A stretch of DNA of 64,000 nt from Bilabrum cf. latius (lineage: Eukaryota): NCBI GenBank assembly GCA_965178125.1, contig OZ237758.1:62001-126000 (forward strand), in the 5' to 3' direction. Within the stretch, counting starts at the first letter, position 1; each line of letters begins with the position of its first letter. Of the stretch, positions 12,530 through 26,000 are shown in pieces. A model generated the notes under the pieces. It worked only from the letters and a program-made list of their open reading frames with translations. It did no database searches and had not been told where the DNA came from. The translations under genes were made by a program, and so were the position numbers.

Positions 12530-15208
12530 TCATGCACGCTGGCCTCTTTGGTTTGACTCCGCCCCAGTGGCAGTGCCAGTGGCAGTGGCACGCACGAGGC
12601 TCCGGTAGACCGGGGTGTCGAGCCGGCCATCGCTACCGCTACCGCCACGGCCTCTGGCGGGCACCTCCCATCCACGCAGGCCACCTCCCGACCCTGACGT
12701 GTCTAGCTCGACTTCAGAGTCGCGATGCACCGCCCAATCCTCGGTGTGACGACTGCCTGGGTCCTGTCGCCGCCTCGCCACTGGCATCCCGGTCTCCTCC
12801 GCCACAGCGTCGGCCAGGGACGAGTCCAGCCCAGCCGCGAGGCCCAGCGCATCTTGGCGGTTGAACCCCTCCATGTGTTCCCTGGCATCTCGCAGCAAGC
12901 TCTGCGCATGCTCCATCGACCGGGATAGACCGTACACATCGTCTTCGTCTTCGTCGTCGTCTTCGTCTTCGCTGTCACTGTCCCGAGCAGCGCTCAGGCC
13001 GGCAGTCAGCGACCCAGTGACTCGAGCCGTTGCTGTAGCCGAAGCTGAGTCATCCAGCACCTGCCCACCAGGCCCCTACTTGCGCCCAGTCCCCAGAACC
13101 GCCTCGGCCGCCCCCATTGGACCCTGACGGTGCGAGGCTGCGAGTGCAGACCGCAAGCTCCCCACACCGAGCACGGCACCGCTGGCCCGGGTGTTGTGGC
13201 TGGTGCTGGCCCCACGCTGCTGCCCCCCTTCCTGCCCCTGTGACCGACCCCGCTTCGAGGTTGCAGCGGGGGGGCCTTGGCTGCTCCGAGAGCTGCGGCG
13301 GGATCGATCGGCCCTAGGCCCTCTGCTCCTGGCGCCCCGTGTGCCCTGGCGGCTGCTTCTGTCAGTGCTGCCCACGCTGGAGGTCCGGGGGCGGCTACCA
13401 CCCCGACTGCCAGCACCCCGTGAGGACCGCCTAGATCCACCGCTTCGTCCGCCTCTATCCTCTGCCACGACCACTCCATGCGTTCCGCGAACTGGAGTCA
13501 CCTACCCATTCATGCGACCTGCGGACCGAACGGGGCCTGCGCGAGAGCCCTGGCGCCCCGCACCGCCGTGCAAATCACCACGCACAACCCCACCCCGCCG
13601 CACCGGTAGCCGATCCGCCGCCACGCCCCCTCTCCCTCCCCCCTCCCCTCCCAGCAGCTGGGAGCCTCCCCCTTTCCCACGGGCATCGACCGCGGTGCGG
13701 ACTGGCAACGGCATGGGCATCGGCATAGGCATGGGCTGAGTTCGCTGGCCTGGTACTTGCGGGGCAGGGGTCGGCTGGGGGATGCCTGAATCACGCGGCG
13801 CCGGTTCCGCTCGTAAGGGGGACCCCGGGTGCTGCCCCAGCATGGGGGCACCTGTTGGTGGCTGCTTGCCAACGGCAGATGGTGCAGAGGCGGCAGGGAC
13901 AGCAGCCCGCACTGGCCGTGCAGCAGGCCCGTGTGGCCCGCCCTGCTCAGCTTTGCCCGGTATACTCATCGAGGGCAGCGCTGCTGACCCCTGCAGCCCA
14001 CTAGACACCACCAGCTATTCTCTGGCATGGGACAGTCCCGATAGCCACGGCTCGTCCTCCTGGGCCTCATCCTCAGCGCCCTCATTCTCTCCCCCCCCTT
14101 CTGCCTCCCCCAGTGCGTGCTTGCCTGCGGCTGTGCCTCCATTGCCCTTGCCCGAGGCAGCAAATTTGCCGACTTGAATCGCGCTCGGCTCCAGCGGCAA
14201 CCCAAATCGCAGAAAGCCTTTCCCACTTACTCCTTGCTCCGCCACTGGTGGCTGCTTCTATTGCTGGTGTATCGAGCGATTGCCGGTGCCCGTCAGTGTA
14301 CCGCCGGGCTTGTGGGAGTGTGACTGTGACTGTGACTGTGACTGTGACTGTGACTGTGACTGTGACTGTGACTGTGACTGTGACGCTGTATCTGCTCGCA
14401 TTGCAGGCTCGACGCAGAGGTCTGCATCGATAGTGCTGGAGTCTGCATGCTCCGATTCGACGGCTCTGAGCACGGATTGACCGAGCAGGCTGACCCCTTC
14501 TTGCAGGGCCCCTTGAAGCCTGGCTCGGAGGCTGCTGGCCTCTTGCTCGAGGCGAGCAGCACGAGATTCTGCAGTCACAGCCCTCTCCTCCGCATCGTCA
14601 ACCTTGGACTGTGCAACGCTGTGCTGGCCTTCCATCCTGGATCGCACCTCTCGCTGCGTCACGTTCCGCCACGCGGCAAAGCAAGAGCTCACCCAGCGCT
14701 AGCCTGCCTAAGCATCAAGCCTGGAAGCTAAGGCAGCGAGCTGTGCCCGTTGGCGTGTTCGGCTACCTAAAACTTGTTCTTCCCAGGCAGAAAATACTGT
14801 TCGTGGGGTGTACCGTAGTGACACGCATGATGACCGATTCCAAAATGCTCGAACAGCAATTAGATCCGAAGCGCGACAAAGCCGTCGTTCTGCCACTGCT
14901 TGCGCATGCTCAGCATGGGTAAGCTACTACCTGAGCCCTTGTAGAGACGCATTCATTGACTTGATCTCCTCGTCGTGCTACCTTTGCAGCTCTGCCGCTG
15001 ACCGCGCATGGGTTGCACGGATTTCGGTCTCGCACGCCAAAATAGCTTCGTCAATGGTTTCAGAGCAAGCCTGCAAGGCCTTTGACTTCGATTGGCGTAA
15101 AGCATCCATTCTGTAGCTCTTCTTGGTGCGCGCTTGCTGCCATTTTGAAAGCCGCAAGATGAAGATTGCGGCCTCAACTCGCACTGCACACTTGCACTTG
15201 CCTACCAT
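12530..15208 (-). CDS. Hypothetical coiled-coil / low-complexity protein (start uncertain)
   Basis: Seven same-frame ORF fragments joined by 9 TAGs (14978, 14927, 14924, 14708, 14699, 14258, 14015, 13502, 13076). Heptad-like segments and FxxW motifs (VFSAW, CFAAW); TGA stop at 12530. Confidence 0.6.
14319..14384. repeat. (TGTGAC)11 microsatellite encoding poly-(Ser-Gln) on the minus strand
   Basis: Directly visible tandem hexamer. Confidence 0.95.
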
Positions 15209-15600
15209 TCACTTAGCCCTGCAGTATGTCACAGGCAGGCAGAGTGCGAAAGAGAGATTGGTCCTTATCTGATGGCTAGGAAGACACTGGTGCAGACGGT
15301 CCTGCTATAAAGGTTGCTGCGGGGCGAAGGAAGAAGCGGTCACGCTTTGGCCCTGCCCCGGAGGCTAGTTCGCAACCTCCACGAAGTGATTCCCATCAGA
15401 GCACGTATACATCCATGCCAGCTACGAATGCTTCCAATCCAGATGCAATGAGGGAGAGACGGGGCCGAAAATCGCGATTCGGGGCGGTCCCAGACACCAA
15501 GCAGATTCCTGGACAAGCAGCGGCAATCCCCCCGACGCTACCAGCTGCCTAGGGACACGCTGAAAGCAGCGTTTCTAGCGTGCCAAAATCTTCTCGGGCG

Positions 15601-18600
15601 ATGGGGTCGTCTGGGGCATCTTCCGAAGGGGCGTCCGGAGAGGTGATCGGCGGCGGTCAGGGCGCCAAGGCACTCGCTCGCGAGGCGGCACAGATATCGT
15701 GGGAACGTGAGAAGATGGACGTGATGCTTGCCACCGGTCGCAAGGGGAGGGGTATGCTGGAGGGCGCCGCGGAGGCCCCGGACGATGGGTCTGAGAACAA
15801 GGCCCACCTGGTGGTGATGGGCGCACGGCCCCCCTTCCTTCAGGGCAAGGTGAGGCTGAGCAGGCAGCTGCAGATGGTGCCCGTGGTGCGAGATCCTACG
15901 AGCGACATGGCCGTGGGGGCGAAGAAGGGCTCGCACGCGCTGCAGCAGGCGCGGCAGGACAAAGAGAAGAAGAAGATGAGGCAGCGGTTCTGGGAGGTCG
16001 GCGGCAACCGCATGGGCAAGGTGATCGGGGTGCAGGGGCGGGACGAGGAGGCAGAGGCGGGCAGGGAGGCGAGGGAGGGGGAGAGCGCCCGCGTGGTGGG
16101 CATGGGGCAGAAGCAGATGGAGGCAGCGCATGAGATGGCGGCTGCTGCTGCGGAGCTCACTGCCCGTCTGGAGATGAGGATGCGGAAGGGAGAGGGAGAC
16201 GAAGAGGGGGGCAAGGGTGGGCCTGGCAGGGAGGATGGACAGGGTGCAGCGGAGGCATCTCGGAGTGAGGGATCAGAAGAAGCACTTCTATCCAGCTCTG
16301 CAGCTAGTGCTGAGTCTGGTCCCTAGACAGCAGCGCAAGGCAGTGCTGGGGGTGCGCCTGCTGGGAGTGCTAGTGACAGTGAGGACGAGGACGACGGGCC
16401 CATGCCGGTAGCTCCAGCTGGAGGAATAGCCGAGAATCTCGGCGCTGCCGATAAGGAACAAGCAGCGGAAGACAGCAGCGATGAAGATGATGGGCCCATG
16501 CCAGCGCCCCCACCCGAATCAGCCTCATCGGCCTCCTCTTCGACTGCGCCGGCCGCAAGCAGCGGTAGCGGCAGCGGCGGCCCGCCTGCCAGCGGCGCCT
16601 CAGATAGAGAGCTGGTAGCGGCAGTAGCAAAAGCAGCAGCAGCAGGCGCAGCGGCCGGCTAGGACGGTTCTCAAGTCCCCAAGGTGGGGCGGGTGCGGAC
16701 CATCGCGGAGGTGCGTCGGTCCCTGCCCGTGCACTCGGTGCGGGAGGACCTGCTGCGGGTGATCCGGGACAACCAGGTGGTCATCGTGGTGGGGCAGACG
16801 GGCAGTGGCAAGACGACTCAGATGACGCAGTACCTGATGGAGGATGGGTATGGCAGGGAAGGCCTCATGATCGGGTGCACGCAGCCGAGGCGGGTGGCGG
16901 CCATGTCAGTGGCCAAGCGGGTCTCGCAGGAGGTCGGCTGTCCGCTGGGAGACAAGGTGGGGTACACCATCCGCTTCGAGGACTGCACCTCGTCTAGGAC
17001 CAGGATCAAGTACATGACCGACGGGATCCTCATGCGGGAGTCGCTGAGGGACCCCGCGCTGGACCAGTACTCGTGCATCGTGATGGACGAGGCCCATGAG
17101 CGGTCGTTGTACACGGACGTGTTGTTCGGGATCATGCGCAGGGTGCTGCGTAGGAGGCGGGACATCAGAGTCGTGGTAACCAGCGCCACCATGGACGCCG
17201 GCAAGTTCTCGAGGTTCTTCGGCGGGGCTCCCGTGTTCGAGATCCCGGGGCGGCCGTACAAGGTGGACGTGCACTACCTGCGGTCCGCCCCCGACGACTA
17301 CGTGGAAGCGGCCGTGCGCCGGGTGACTGAGATTCACCTGGGAATGCCGGCTGGCGACGTGCTGGTGTTCATGACTGGGCAGGAGGACATCGAGACCACG
17401 TGCGAGCTGGTGGCCACTCGCATCAAGCGGCTCATGGCAGAGGACGTCAGAGCCAAGCTGCGCCGGGGGGAGATCGAGGAGCAGGCCGCCAGGCTGCACG
17501 TGGACGAGGAAGAGGACGAGGAGCGGGGCGCTTCGGCCGCCTCTGCGGGCCTCGAGGAGACGAGCACGTCCGCTGCCGCCGAGCTGGGCGACGACGAGAT
17601 CGACCTGAGTCGGTCTGCCATCGCGCCCATCATGGTGCTGCCCATGTACTCGCAGCTGCCGCAGGACCTGCAGAGCAAGATCTTTGACCCGGCGCCCCCC
17701 GGTGTGAGAAAGGTGGTGGTCAGCACCAACATCGCGGAGACCTCGCTGACCGTGGACGGGGTGGTGTACGTGGTGGACTGCGGGTACTGCAAGCTCAAGG
17801 TGTACAACCCACGCATCGGGATGGACGCTCTGCAGGTCACGCCCGTCTCGCAGGCGAACGCCAATCAGAGGAAGGGTAGAGCCGGCCGCACGAGGCCTGG
17901 CCACTGCTACCGCATCTTCTCGGAGGCCTCGTACCATCGCGACCTGCTGCCCAACCAGGTCCCCGAGATACAGCGCACCAACCTGGCGAACGTGGTGCTG
18001 CTGCTCAAGTCGCTCGGGGTCAAGGACCTCACCACGTTCGATTTCATGGATCCCCCGCCGCAGGAGAACGTGGCCCAGTCGCTCTACCAGCTGTGGGCGC
18101 TGGGGGCAGTGGACGACGAGGGGGAGCTCACTCGCATTGGCAAGAAGATGAGCGAGTTCCCGCTGGATCCCCCTTTGAGCAAGATGATCCTGGTGGCCGA
18201 GAAGCTGGGCTGCAGCGCCGACGTGGCCGCCATCGTGAGCCTGCTGAGCGTGCCGCAGGTGTTCTTCCGCCCGCGGGGCAGGGAACAGGAGGCAGACGCC
18301 GCCAAGGAGAAGATGCAGGTGCCCGAGAGCGACCACCTGACCCTGCTAAACGTGCTCCAGCTATGGGAGCGCCACGGGCGCAGGGCGGCGTGGGCGCAGC
18401 AGCACTACGTGCACCAGAAAGGCCTCGTGCGGGCCAGCGAGGTGCTTGGGCAGCTGAGGGACGTGATGCGGCAGCAGAGGGTGGGCTTCCTTGGCGAGGA
18501 GGACAATGCCGCGGCGGGAGGGGCGGCGGGGGACAGGGTGCGGCGGGCGCTGTGTTCCGGGTATCTGTACCACAGCGCCAGGGCACACGGCGTGGAGGAG

Positions 18601-19284
18601 TACGCCAACCTGCTGACCGGGCTGCCGTGCCACCTGCATCCGACCAGCGCCCTCAGGGTGCTTGGGGCCTCGCCCGACTACGTGGTGTACCACGAGCTCG
18701 TGTACACCTCCAAGGAACACATGATCTGCGTGTCGGCGGTGGACCCCGAGTGGCTGGTGGAGGCAGGCCCGCGGTTCTTCAGGCTCAGGGAGGGGGCGGG
18801 CAGCCGGCGACAGGCCATCGGGGTGCAGGGCACTCTGGGGCCGGAGGGCTTGCCCGCGGGCCAGGGGGCTAGTGCCGCTTCCTCCTCCGCGTCATCTTCG
18901 TCATCTGCCGCTGCATCGACGCCCTCTACAAGGGGGCTATCTGTAGGTGGCAGCACACCGGGCGGGTTCTCCGTGGCAGCGTCCTCTCGGTTCAGCGGGC
19001 TGCAGTCGATAGGCCCTGACAGGCTGCTCACCATGAACCGGTGGGCTGCTGCAGATGCAGAGACACCACTCATCACCAGCGGGGGTCTGGATGAATTCGG
19101 GGCGGGAAGAGGCGGGAGCATGGCAGGACCCCAAGGCGGGGGCGTGGGGGCATCCGCACGAGGTGGAAGGCGGGGCGGGGTCGGGGCTGGAGGCACGAGG
19201 TAGGGTATTGCTGCCGCGATGGAGCGGCTCAAGCGGAGGGAGCAGATGAAGAGGAAGAAGACGCCCAGGCGGGGAGGGCTGTGA
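15601..19284 (+). CDS. PRP16: Pre-mRNA splicing DEAH helicase PRP16/DHX38 (start uncertain)
   Basis: PPFLQGK...VRDPTSDMA...FWEVGG N-terminal block; [27 protein letters not shown]2 region. TAGs at 16324, 16660 and 19201; reading through the last gives the family-typical C-terminus TPRRGGL-TGA. Confidence 0.95.
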
Positions 19285-19399
19285 TGCACGAATGGACGGG
19301 AGAGGAAAGGACCAAGCAATGAATGAATGAAAGCATGGAATACATTGCAATCATCTCTATCTGCAAGCTGCTTAGCGGCCGTCATCCGATGGACTCGCC

Positions 19400-20779
19400 T
19401 CATCCTATCCATCGCACCATGGTGGCTCCGGCCGACACTTGCTCTGGTCCATCGGCCTTCAGCATCGTAACAGTTGTCGGGGTGCTTGTGCGTGCTTCGC
19501 TTAGTGCCGTGCTAGCTGCGTGTGCCTTTGCTTGCGACTCGCTTCGGCCATGTGCGTTCCTGCCTGCACGATTGCTGCCAACATCTTGACTTCCGGCAGC
19601 TGCACTGCCGCTGCGATCGCCGTGACCACCAATAGCAGCACCAGCACCAGCACCAGCATCAGCACCAGCACCAGCACCAGCACCAGCACCAGCACCAGCA
19701 CCAGCACCAGCACCAGCACCAGCACCAGCACCAGCACCAGCACCAGCACCAGCACCAGCACCAGCACCAGCACCAGCACCAGCACCAGCACCAGCACCAG
19801 CACCAGCACCAGCACCAGCACCAGCACCAGCACCAGCACCAGCACCAGCACCAGCACCAGCACCAGCACCAGCACCAGCACCAGCACCAGCACCAGCACC
19901 AGCACCAGCACCAGCACCAGCACCAGCACCAGCACCAGCACCAGCACCAGCACCAGCACCAGCACCAGCACCAGCACCAGCACCAGCACCAGCACCAGCA
20001 CCAGCACCAGCACCAGCACCAGCACCAGCACCAGCACCAGCACCAGCACCAGCACCAGCACCAGCACCAGCACCAGCACCAGCACCAGCACCAGCACCAG
20101 CACCAGCACCAGCACCAGCACCAGCACCAGCACCAGCACCAGCACCAGCACCAGCACCAGCACCAGCACCAGCACCAGCACCAGCACCAGCACCAGCACC
20201 AGCACCAGCACCAGCACCAGCGCCCAGCTCGCATGTATGAGTTACAGCTGTTGATATTGACGTGGGTTGGATTGCAGCAGCTGCCGCGGATTCCCCCGAG
20301 GGATCCAGCTCCCTTAGCATCGCCAGCAAATCGGTATGCGTGCCCTTTGGGACTGAGCGACTACTGACGATCGTGCACGGCCGAAACCCTTGGCTCCACC
20401 AGAAGTCGACAGAAGCTGGTATCGTGCTCCGAGCCACCAAAGCAACGCGGCCATGAGATAGTGCGAGCTTGGCAGCAGCCTCGACCAGCTAACGTCCAGC
20501 GCCCTGCCGTCTCATGGTTCGATCAACGGCAACAATTGGGACGTATGCGTTCGTGTCACAAGGAGGTACTTCTATCACTAAAATCCCTACATAATCCCCG
20601 CTTCGAGCTACAGCAAGGAATTTGCACGTTGGATCGGACAGGTACGCCAGGAAATTGCCCTCGATGCCGCGCAGACTCCCCTTTTCCAGTGCCTCAAGCA
20701 GTCCTGGGGGTGAGAACTGCACTTCAAAACTCATATCACTTTGCGCATCGTTGGCAACGCGCGGAGTGTGTGCAGTCAT
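19400..20779 (-). CDS. GNAT-family acetyltransferase with a long poly-(Gly-Ala) tract
   Basis: Motif A IVAVDRTMRRQGAGR[TAG 20489]LVEAA and motif B SVDFWWSQGF lie on either side of the TAG; the frame stays open through the repeat to a TGA. Confidence 0.72.
19637..20222. repeat. (AGCACC)n microsatellite, about 97 units
   Basis: Near-perfect tandem hexamer with one AGCATC variant near 19657. Confidence 0.97.
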
Positions 20780-20949
20780 GGTTCCATTTCTTGAATATCG
20801 TCACATCCCGCCAAGTGCAACTTGTCGTCTCATGTAGCCCACACAGACTCGCATAACTCCCAAACTGGTTCAATTGTGATATATTTACCATAGTAAAAAG
20901 TGATCACGAGCTGTGATATTATCTTCAGCTTCACCCCAACGCTTGTAGG

Positions 20950-22347
20950 ATGGCTGTCCCAGCCGCACTATCGGTCCTCTTCTGGGGTACATCTAATGTT
21001 CCCCAGAAGATTGCTGAGAAATATGTTGGTGGGGTAGGGAACGGATTGGCGTTTGGGGTCCTCACAAGCTCTGGTGCCGGCATAGGAAGCCTGATCTGTG
21101 GCCTGGTGGCTGCCGTAGTAGAGCCCGGGCAGGCAGCTCCTGTGACCGTCGACCCGTTCGGTGTGTTGGCCGGCGCAATGATCGTTGTTGCACTTGTCAC
21201 TGCAGTTTTTGCCATAGAGCGCTTGGGGCTCGGCCCCTCGCAAGCCCTTTGGGGCGGCTTATCGGTCCTCGTCGCGTACGTCGTCGGTCGCATCGCCTTC
21301 GGCGAGAGGGGGTCAAATGACACGCTAGCTCTCGTTGGAGTCTTAGTCTTGCTCGTTGGAGTCATTTGTATCGCCCTGGCTCCTGCTGCGGCACTTCTTG
21401 TCGATGTTGCGCAGAGCAGCAGCAAGCTCTCTACGGGCCAAGCGCACACTGCCACTGGCAGGAGATCGTAGAAGCAGGTCGCGAATGGGGACGTGGACGC
21501 GGCGATGGCGGCAGCCCCACTGATCCCCCAGCAACATCCTGTCGCATTGTCCACTGGCAGGCACAGTTCACTGGTAGAAGCGAGCAGCGTCCTCGCAGTG
21601 GCAGTGGGGCTGCTCTGCGCCTCTGTCGTGGGCATGGCCGGTGGGCTGCTGCTGGTGCCGGCCCACTACATTAGGGCAAGACAGGCAAGGGGGATCGGGT
21701 ACACGGTGTCGCTGGGCGTGGGTGCACTGGGAGGAGCGGGTTTATTGGTGCTGATGATCGCGACCGGGCTGGTGGGAGGTAGTAGAGTGGGGCCGGCGGG
21801 CGCGGGAGCTGTGGGACTGGAGGGCAAGGGACTGGAGGGCAAGGAACTCGAGGGCAAGGGACTCGAGGGCAAGGGACTCGAGGGCAAGGGACTCGAGGGC
21901 AAGGGACTCGAAGCGGCCAGTACGAAAGATGTTGCTTCGGGTCCCATGGGGGAAGGTAGCACGAATGCAGGCGTATCAATCTAGACTAAGACCGTGGGCC
22001 ACCTTAATTCGGCTCCGATTCGACCGGAAGGCCCCTTAGACCGCGAAAGGGAAGGAGCTTGGGAGGCCCTGGTCGGGATGGCGGGGAGGCCGTGGGTGCT
22101 GTTGCTGGGACTGTGCAGCGGGCTGCTGTGGAGCGCCGGCAACTTGTGTTCGCTTCTCGCCATGCAGGCGCTACCCTACTCGGTGAGTTTCCCGGTGGGG
22201 CAGACAGCCCTGGCAGTGGGTGTGGCCGTGGGGATCTTATGCTTCGGGGAGGTGCCGGGTGTGGTCCCGCGCGCTGCCTTCGTCGGAGGGGTCTGCGCCA
22301 CGGTGTCTGGGGCTTGCTTGCTAGGAATATTTGGGAGCAAAGGGTGA
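20950..22347 (+). CDS. TMEM144-like / DMT-superfamily transporter
   Basis: About 10 hydrophobic helices; LFWGTSNVPQK, GLGPSQALWGG, SGLLWSAGN, VSFPVGQ, FGEV. Three same-frame ORFs joined by TAGs at 21469 and 21982; TGA stop. Confidence 0.75.
21814..21911 (+). repeat. 15-bp coding tandem repeat, (GLEGK) x about 6.5
   Basis: GGACTSGAGGGCAAG units visible. Confidence 0.9.
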
Positions 22348-22830
22348 CTACTAGCACCCCTAAAGCAATTGCAGCATAAGGCCCACCAGCATGTTGTGCT
22401 GCCAGTGCCAGTGGCAATGAGTGGCGTTTAACCGCGACTCGAGAACAGAGCTGGACCAACTTCCGAGTCGCACGCTTCGACACTGATAGCAGCATCTCGG
22501 AGCTCGATACATGGCTGCAGCAGAGGGAGGTGCTTCAGTAAGACATTAAAGACCCGAGAAGAGTGCTTACCGCCCTGGCGACGTGATCCGACCACTTCTA
22601 CTGCAAGGGGGGATCGGCAAATGTGCTGAGCCAGAGGCACAGTCAGTCTGCTATCGCAGTGGCCCTGCTGGAGCTGCTCCCTGCAGACGGTGCAGCTATT
22701 GCGTTTGCCGTCTGGGCCCTAAAGACCTGCCCCCTCCTGATGCCGTCGAGTCGTCCGAGGAGGTGGACAGGCGGCACGAGGCCATGGAAGAGGCGGGGGG
22801 TACCCGCGATGCTGGGCGGTCTGCAAGAGC

Positions 22831-22981
22831 GGGCGGAGGCTGCCAGCAGGACAAGGGCGGAGGCTGCCAGCAGGACAAGGGCGGAGGCTGCCAGCAGGAC
22901 AAGGGCGGAGGCTGCCAGCAGGACAAGGGCGGAGGCTGCCAGCAGGACAAGGGCGGAGGCTGTCAGCAGGACAAGGGCGGA
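22831..22981. repeat. 24-bp minisatellite x about 6.3
   Basis: GGGCGGAGGCTGCCAGCAGGACAA head-to-tail, with no spacers. Confidence 0.92.
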
Positions 22982-23092
22982 CTGCTGGCTCGGTGAGCGC
23001 TGGACGCAGTGGAGTCTGTGCGCGGCTACATGTACGGGTGATTGCTGTTTTATATATGCAAAGCCCCAGTTGGCACATTTCGAGCCAGCTAC

Positions 23093-26000
23093 TCACACCC
23101 CGTTGCGCTTCGACAACCGTCTGGACCGCCGCCGGGGCGTCTCTGCAGCTGGCTTGTTCGTTCTTCCTCGGCTGCTCGGCCTGGGATTGGTGGATCGGGC
23201 AGCGGCTGTCCTGCCCCTGCCCCTGCCCCTGCCACTGCCACTGCCACTGCCACTGCCACTGCCACAGCCCCTTCCACTGCCCGCCGCTCTTCGGGTGGGC
23301 CTTCTGCCCGCTTGCTTTGCCTCACCTGCATGCTCTATCTCACCATCTTGTCCCTCCGCATCGCCCTCCCCGCTGCCTGCGCCATCGCTGCCACTGCTCT
23401 CCTCTTCTTCTTGTGCAATCTCCTGCACGTATTCTTCTTCTTCTTCGTTGTCTGCCTCCCCACCTTCATCCTCCGAATCAGCCTCCCAAGCGACCTGCTT
23501 GCCCCGCGCAGAGGCCCTCAGTCCATCCTGCGACCCAGCTCTTGCCCCATCCCGGGCCACAACCGCGCCCACGAGCCCTCGACGTGCACTCGTCATCACA
23601 CCAGCGTCACCATTGGAAGCGCCTCCCCCCTCAGCACCCCTCCCCCTCCCCCTCCCAGCTCGGACCGCCCTCTCCGTGCTCTCGCTCGCGCTCTTGCTCG
23701 CCGACCGCATCTCAGCCTGCGCACTCACCCGCCTAAGCTCCAGGGCCGTGAAGCCGCCCAGGGAGGCCGGCGGGATGACCCGCTGCCTGCCTGTCCGCGC
23801 CACCCCCGCCTCCTCGTCGTTCTTCTCGTGCATCTGGTCCAGCGAGATGGCCTCGCTCCTGTATGCGGCCAGGTTTCGCCCGATGCTCTCCTCCCTGGCC
23901 TGCTGCCTGCTTCGATACTCATCCACGGGCACCTCCATCTGCAGCTGCGCACGGCCGTGAATGACCGTCCAGTAGGCATGGTTCTGATCCATCCTCTGCT
24001 TCCAGTCCATCTCGTGCTCCAAGGCACGGATGATGCGCGCCTGCTCCAGCCGCCAGTAGCCTTCTGCCTGGCTGACGATGCGGCTGTACGTGTCATTCAT
24101 GCTGGCGATCAGAGTGTTGAGCAGCAGCACCGACATGAGAACCAGGTACATTACCAGCAGGACCAGCCCGAATGCCTGCGCCCATGACATGTCGTGGAAA
24201 TTATCGTGGTCGAACTCGAAGTCCTGCAGCACAGCGCGGAACGAACGGAAGCCGGACTTGAAGAAAGACTCGAGGGCGCCACTGCCTTCGCTGCCGTCAG
24301 CGCCCGCCAGCACGAAGCCGGCCTGCGTGTAGCCCAAGAGAAGCACGATCATGAGCTTGCCGAAGCGAAACACGTCCTTGCCCAGCATGCGGTAGATAGC
24401 CACCACGTAGGGGCCGGTGTCCTCGAAGCCAAGCAGGAAGAAGATCATCATGCCCCATGCGCCGAGGCTGGCCCCCGCATAAATGACGCTGTACAAGTTC
24501 TGGGCCCATGCCGGTAGCCCGTCTTGGTAGAACGACCCGAAGACCGAAAGCGCTAGCATTGCCACGATTCCCACGGAGAACGCCAGTGCTGTCCAGTTCT
24601 CAAGTCCGCCTGCACCCCTCGTATGCCAGTAGTTGTTAAACCCCCGGCGGCTGATCTCCTTGAGCTCAATGTACAGCTTGCGCACCGCCGCCAGCAAGAT
24701 GTACAGCTCCCCTGTAAGCACACCACCCGCAGCGAGCGTCCCAAGCATAAACTCCCAGGACCAAAAGTGCTCCAGCACTACTCCGGATATCACCAGCATC
24801 CCTTCCCAAGAAGCCTCCGCTGACACCAGCGCGGTCCACCAGAACCCATCCGGCATGGGCTGCCAGGGGCACCGCCCGTCGCTCTCATCCCTCCACCCAG
24901 CGGTGCAATATGCCCGGCGGTAGTCCCTCACGACCCACAGGAGCTGATCGTCCTCACTGATGAAGGCCTGCAGCACCACCACCATCAGAAACACTGCCAG
25001 CGTAGCCATGTGCCAGTAGAAACGAGAGTTGAAGACTTCCTCCGCGAATCGGTTCCACTTCTGCCGCTGGATCTCCCGCACCTGGGGCAGTTCAAGCAGT
25101 TCCAGCCACTCGTTATCAATGATGAAATCCAGCGCGCTCTTCATGTTGAGTCCTGCGATGGCCCGCCGCACGCCAAACCTGCCCATCTCGTTCATCTCCT
25201 CCGAGGACATGCCCTGCGCCTGCAGCTGCTGCCGCTCCTGCGGGGTCATCTGCCGCCTGAGCTTTGCACCGGAGCTGGGTGCAGATCCAGATGGGCGGAT
25301 CCTGCTATTCCCACTGGTGAAGCTGCTTGTTTGGCTTGTGCCAGCCTCACCACCGGCACAGATGCCCGATTCAGCCCCGCTTCTCTTGCTCGGGGTGGCC
25401 GGTCCCTCGCCTGCCCTTGCCCTTTTCTCCCCCGTGCTGACCACCTTTTCGTTCACCTCCTCGTCATAAAGCCCATCCGCCCGATCCGCCATGCGCGCCG
25501 CCACCCTGGCCAGCTGCCTGGACTCCTTGAGGTACTGTTCCTTGGCCTGCTCCGGGTCCAGATAGATCCCGTCCAGTTCATCCAACGGGAATGTGATGCT
25601 CTGCAAGGGGCCGAACTTCCACTACTCCCCCGTGCTGACCTCTAGGATGTGCTCGAACACCTCCTTCTTGCCGAGCTTGGCCGCGAACTGAAGGGGGGTC
25701 AGCCCCTCCGAGTTGCGCACCCTCCACAGGGACGGCCGGCCCTGCCTGCGGCTTTCGCTGTCCTTGTACATCTGCTTCCACAGCTCGCAGATGAAGTCAT
25801 ACATGCGAACAAGGCCGTGCGCCACCACAATGTGCAGAGCAGTGTTCCCCAGCGAGTCGGTGGCGTACATGTCCACGGACGGCTGGGACGCGATGTACCG
25901 AAATATGGCAGGCTGGGCGGTGGCTGCCTGCGATCGCGAAAGAGAAAGAGCAAAAGGGATAATAAACATCATCATGCGCGTATTCACAGAACTGCAGTCA

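Noticed and set aside
22536-22590. TAA near 22540 as evidence that TAA is also a sense codon
   Set aside because: The same frame also has a TGA shortly afterwards and no recognisable homology, so it fits decay or non-coding DNA better.
22831-22981. CRISPR-like array (also the 27-bp repeat at 48565-48691)
   Set aside because: Head-to-tail repeats without unique spacers, no cas genes, and a eukaryotic context.
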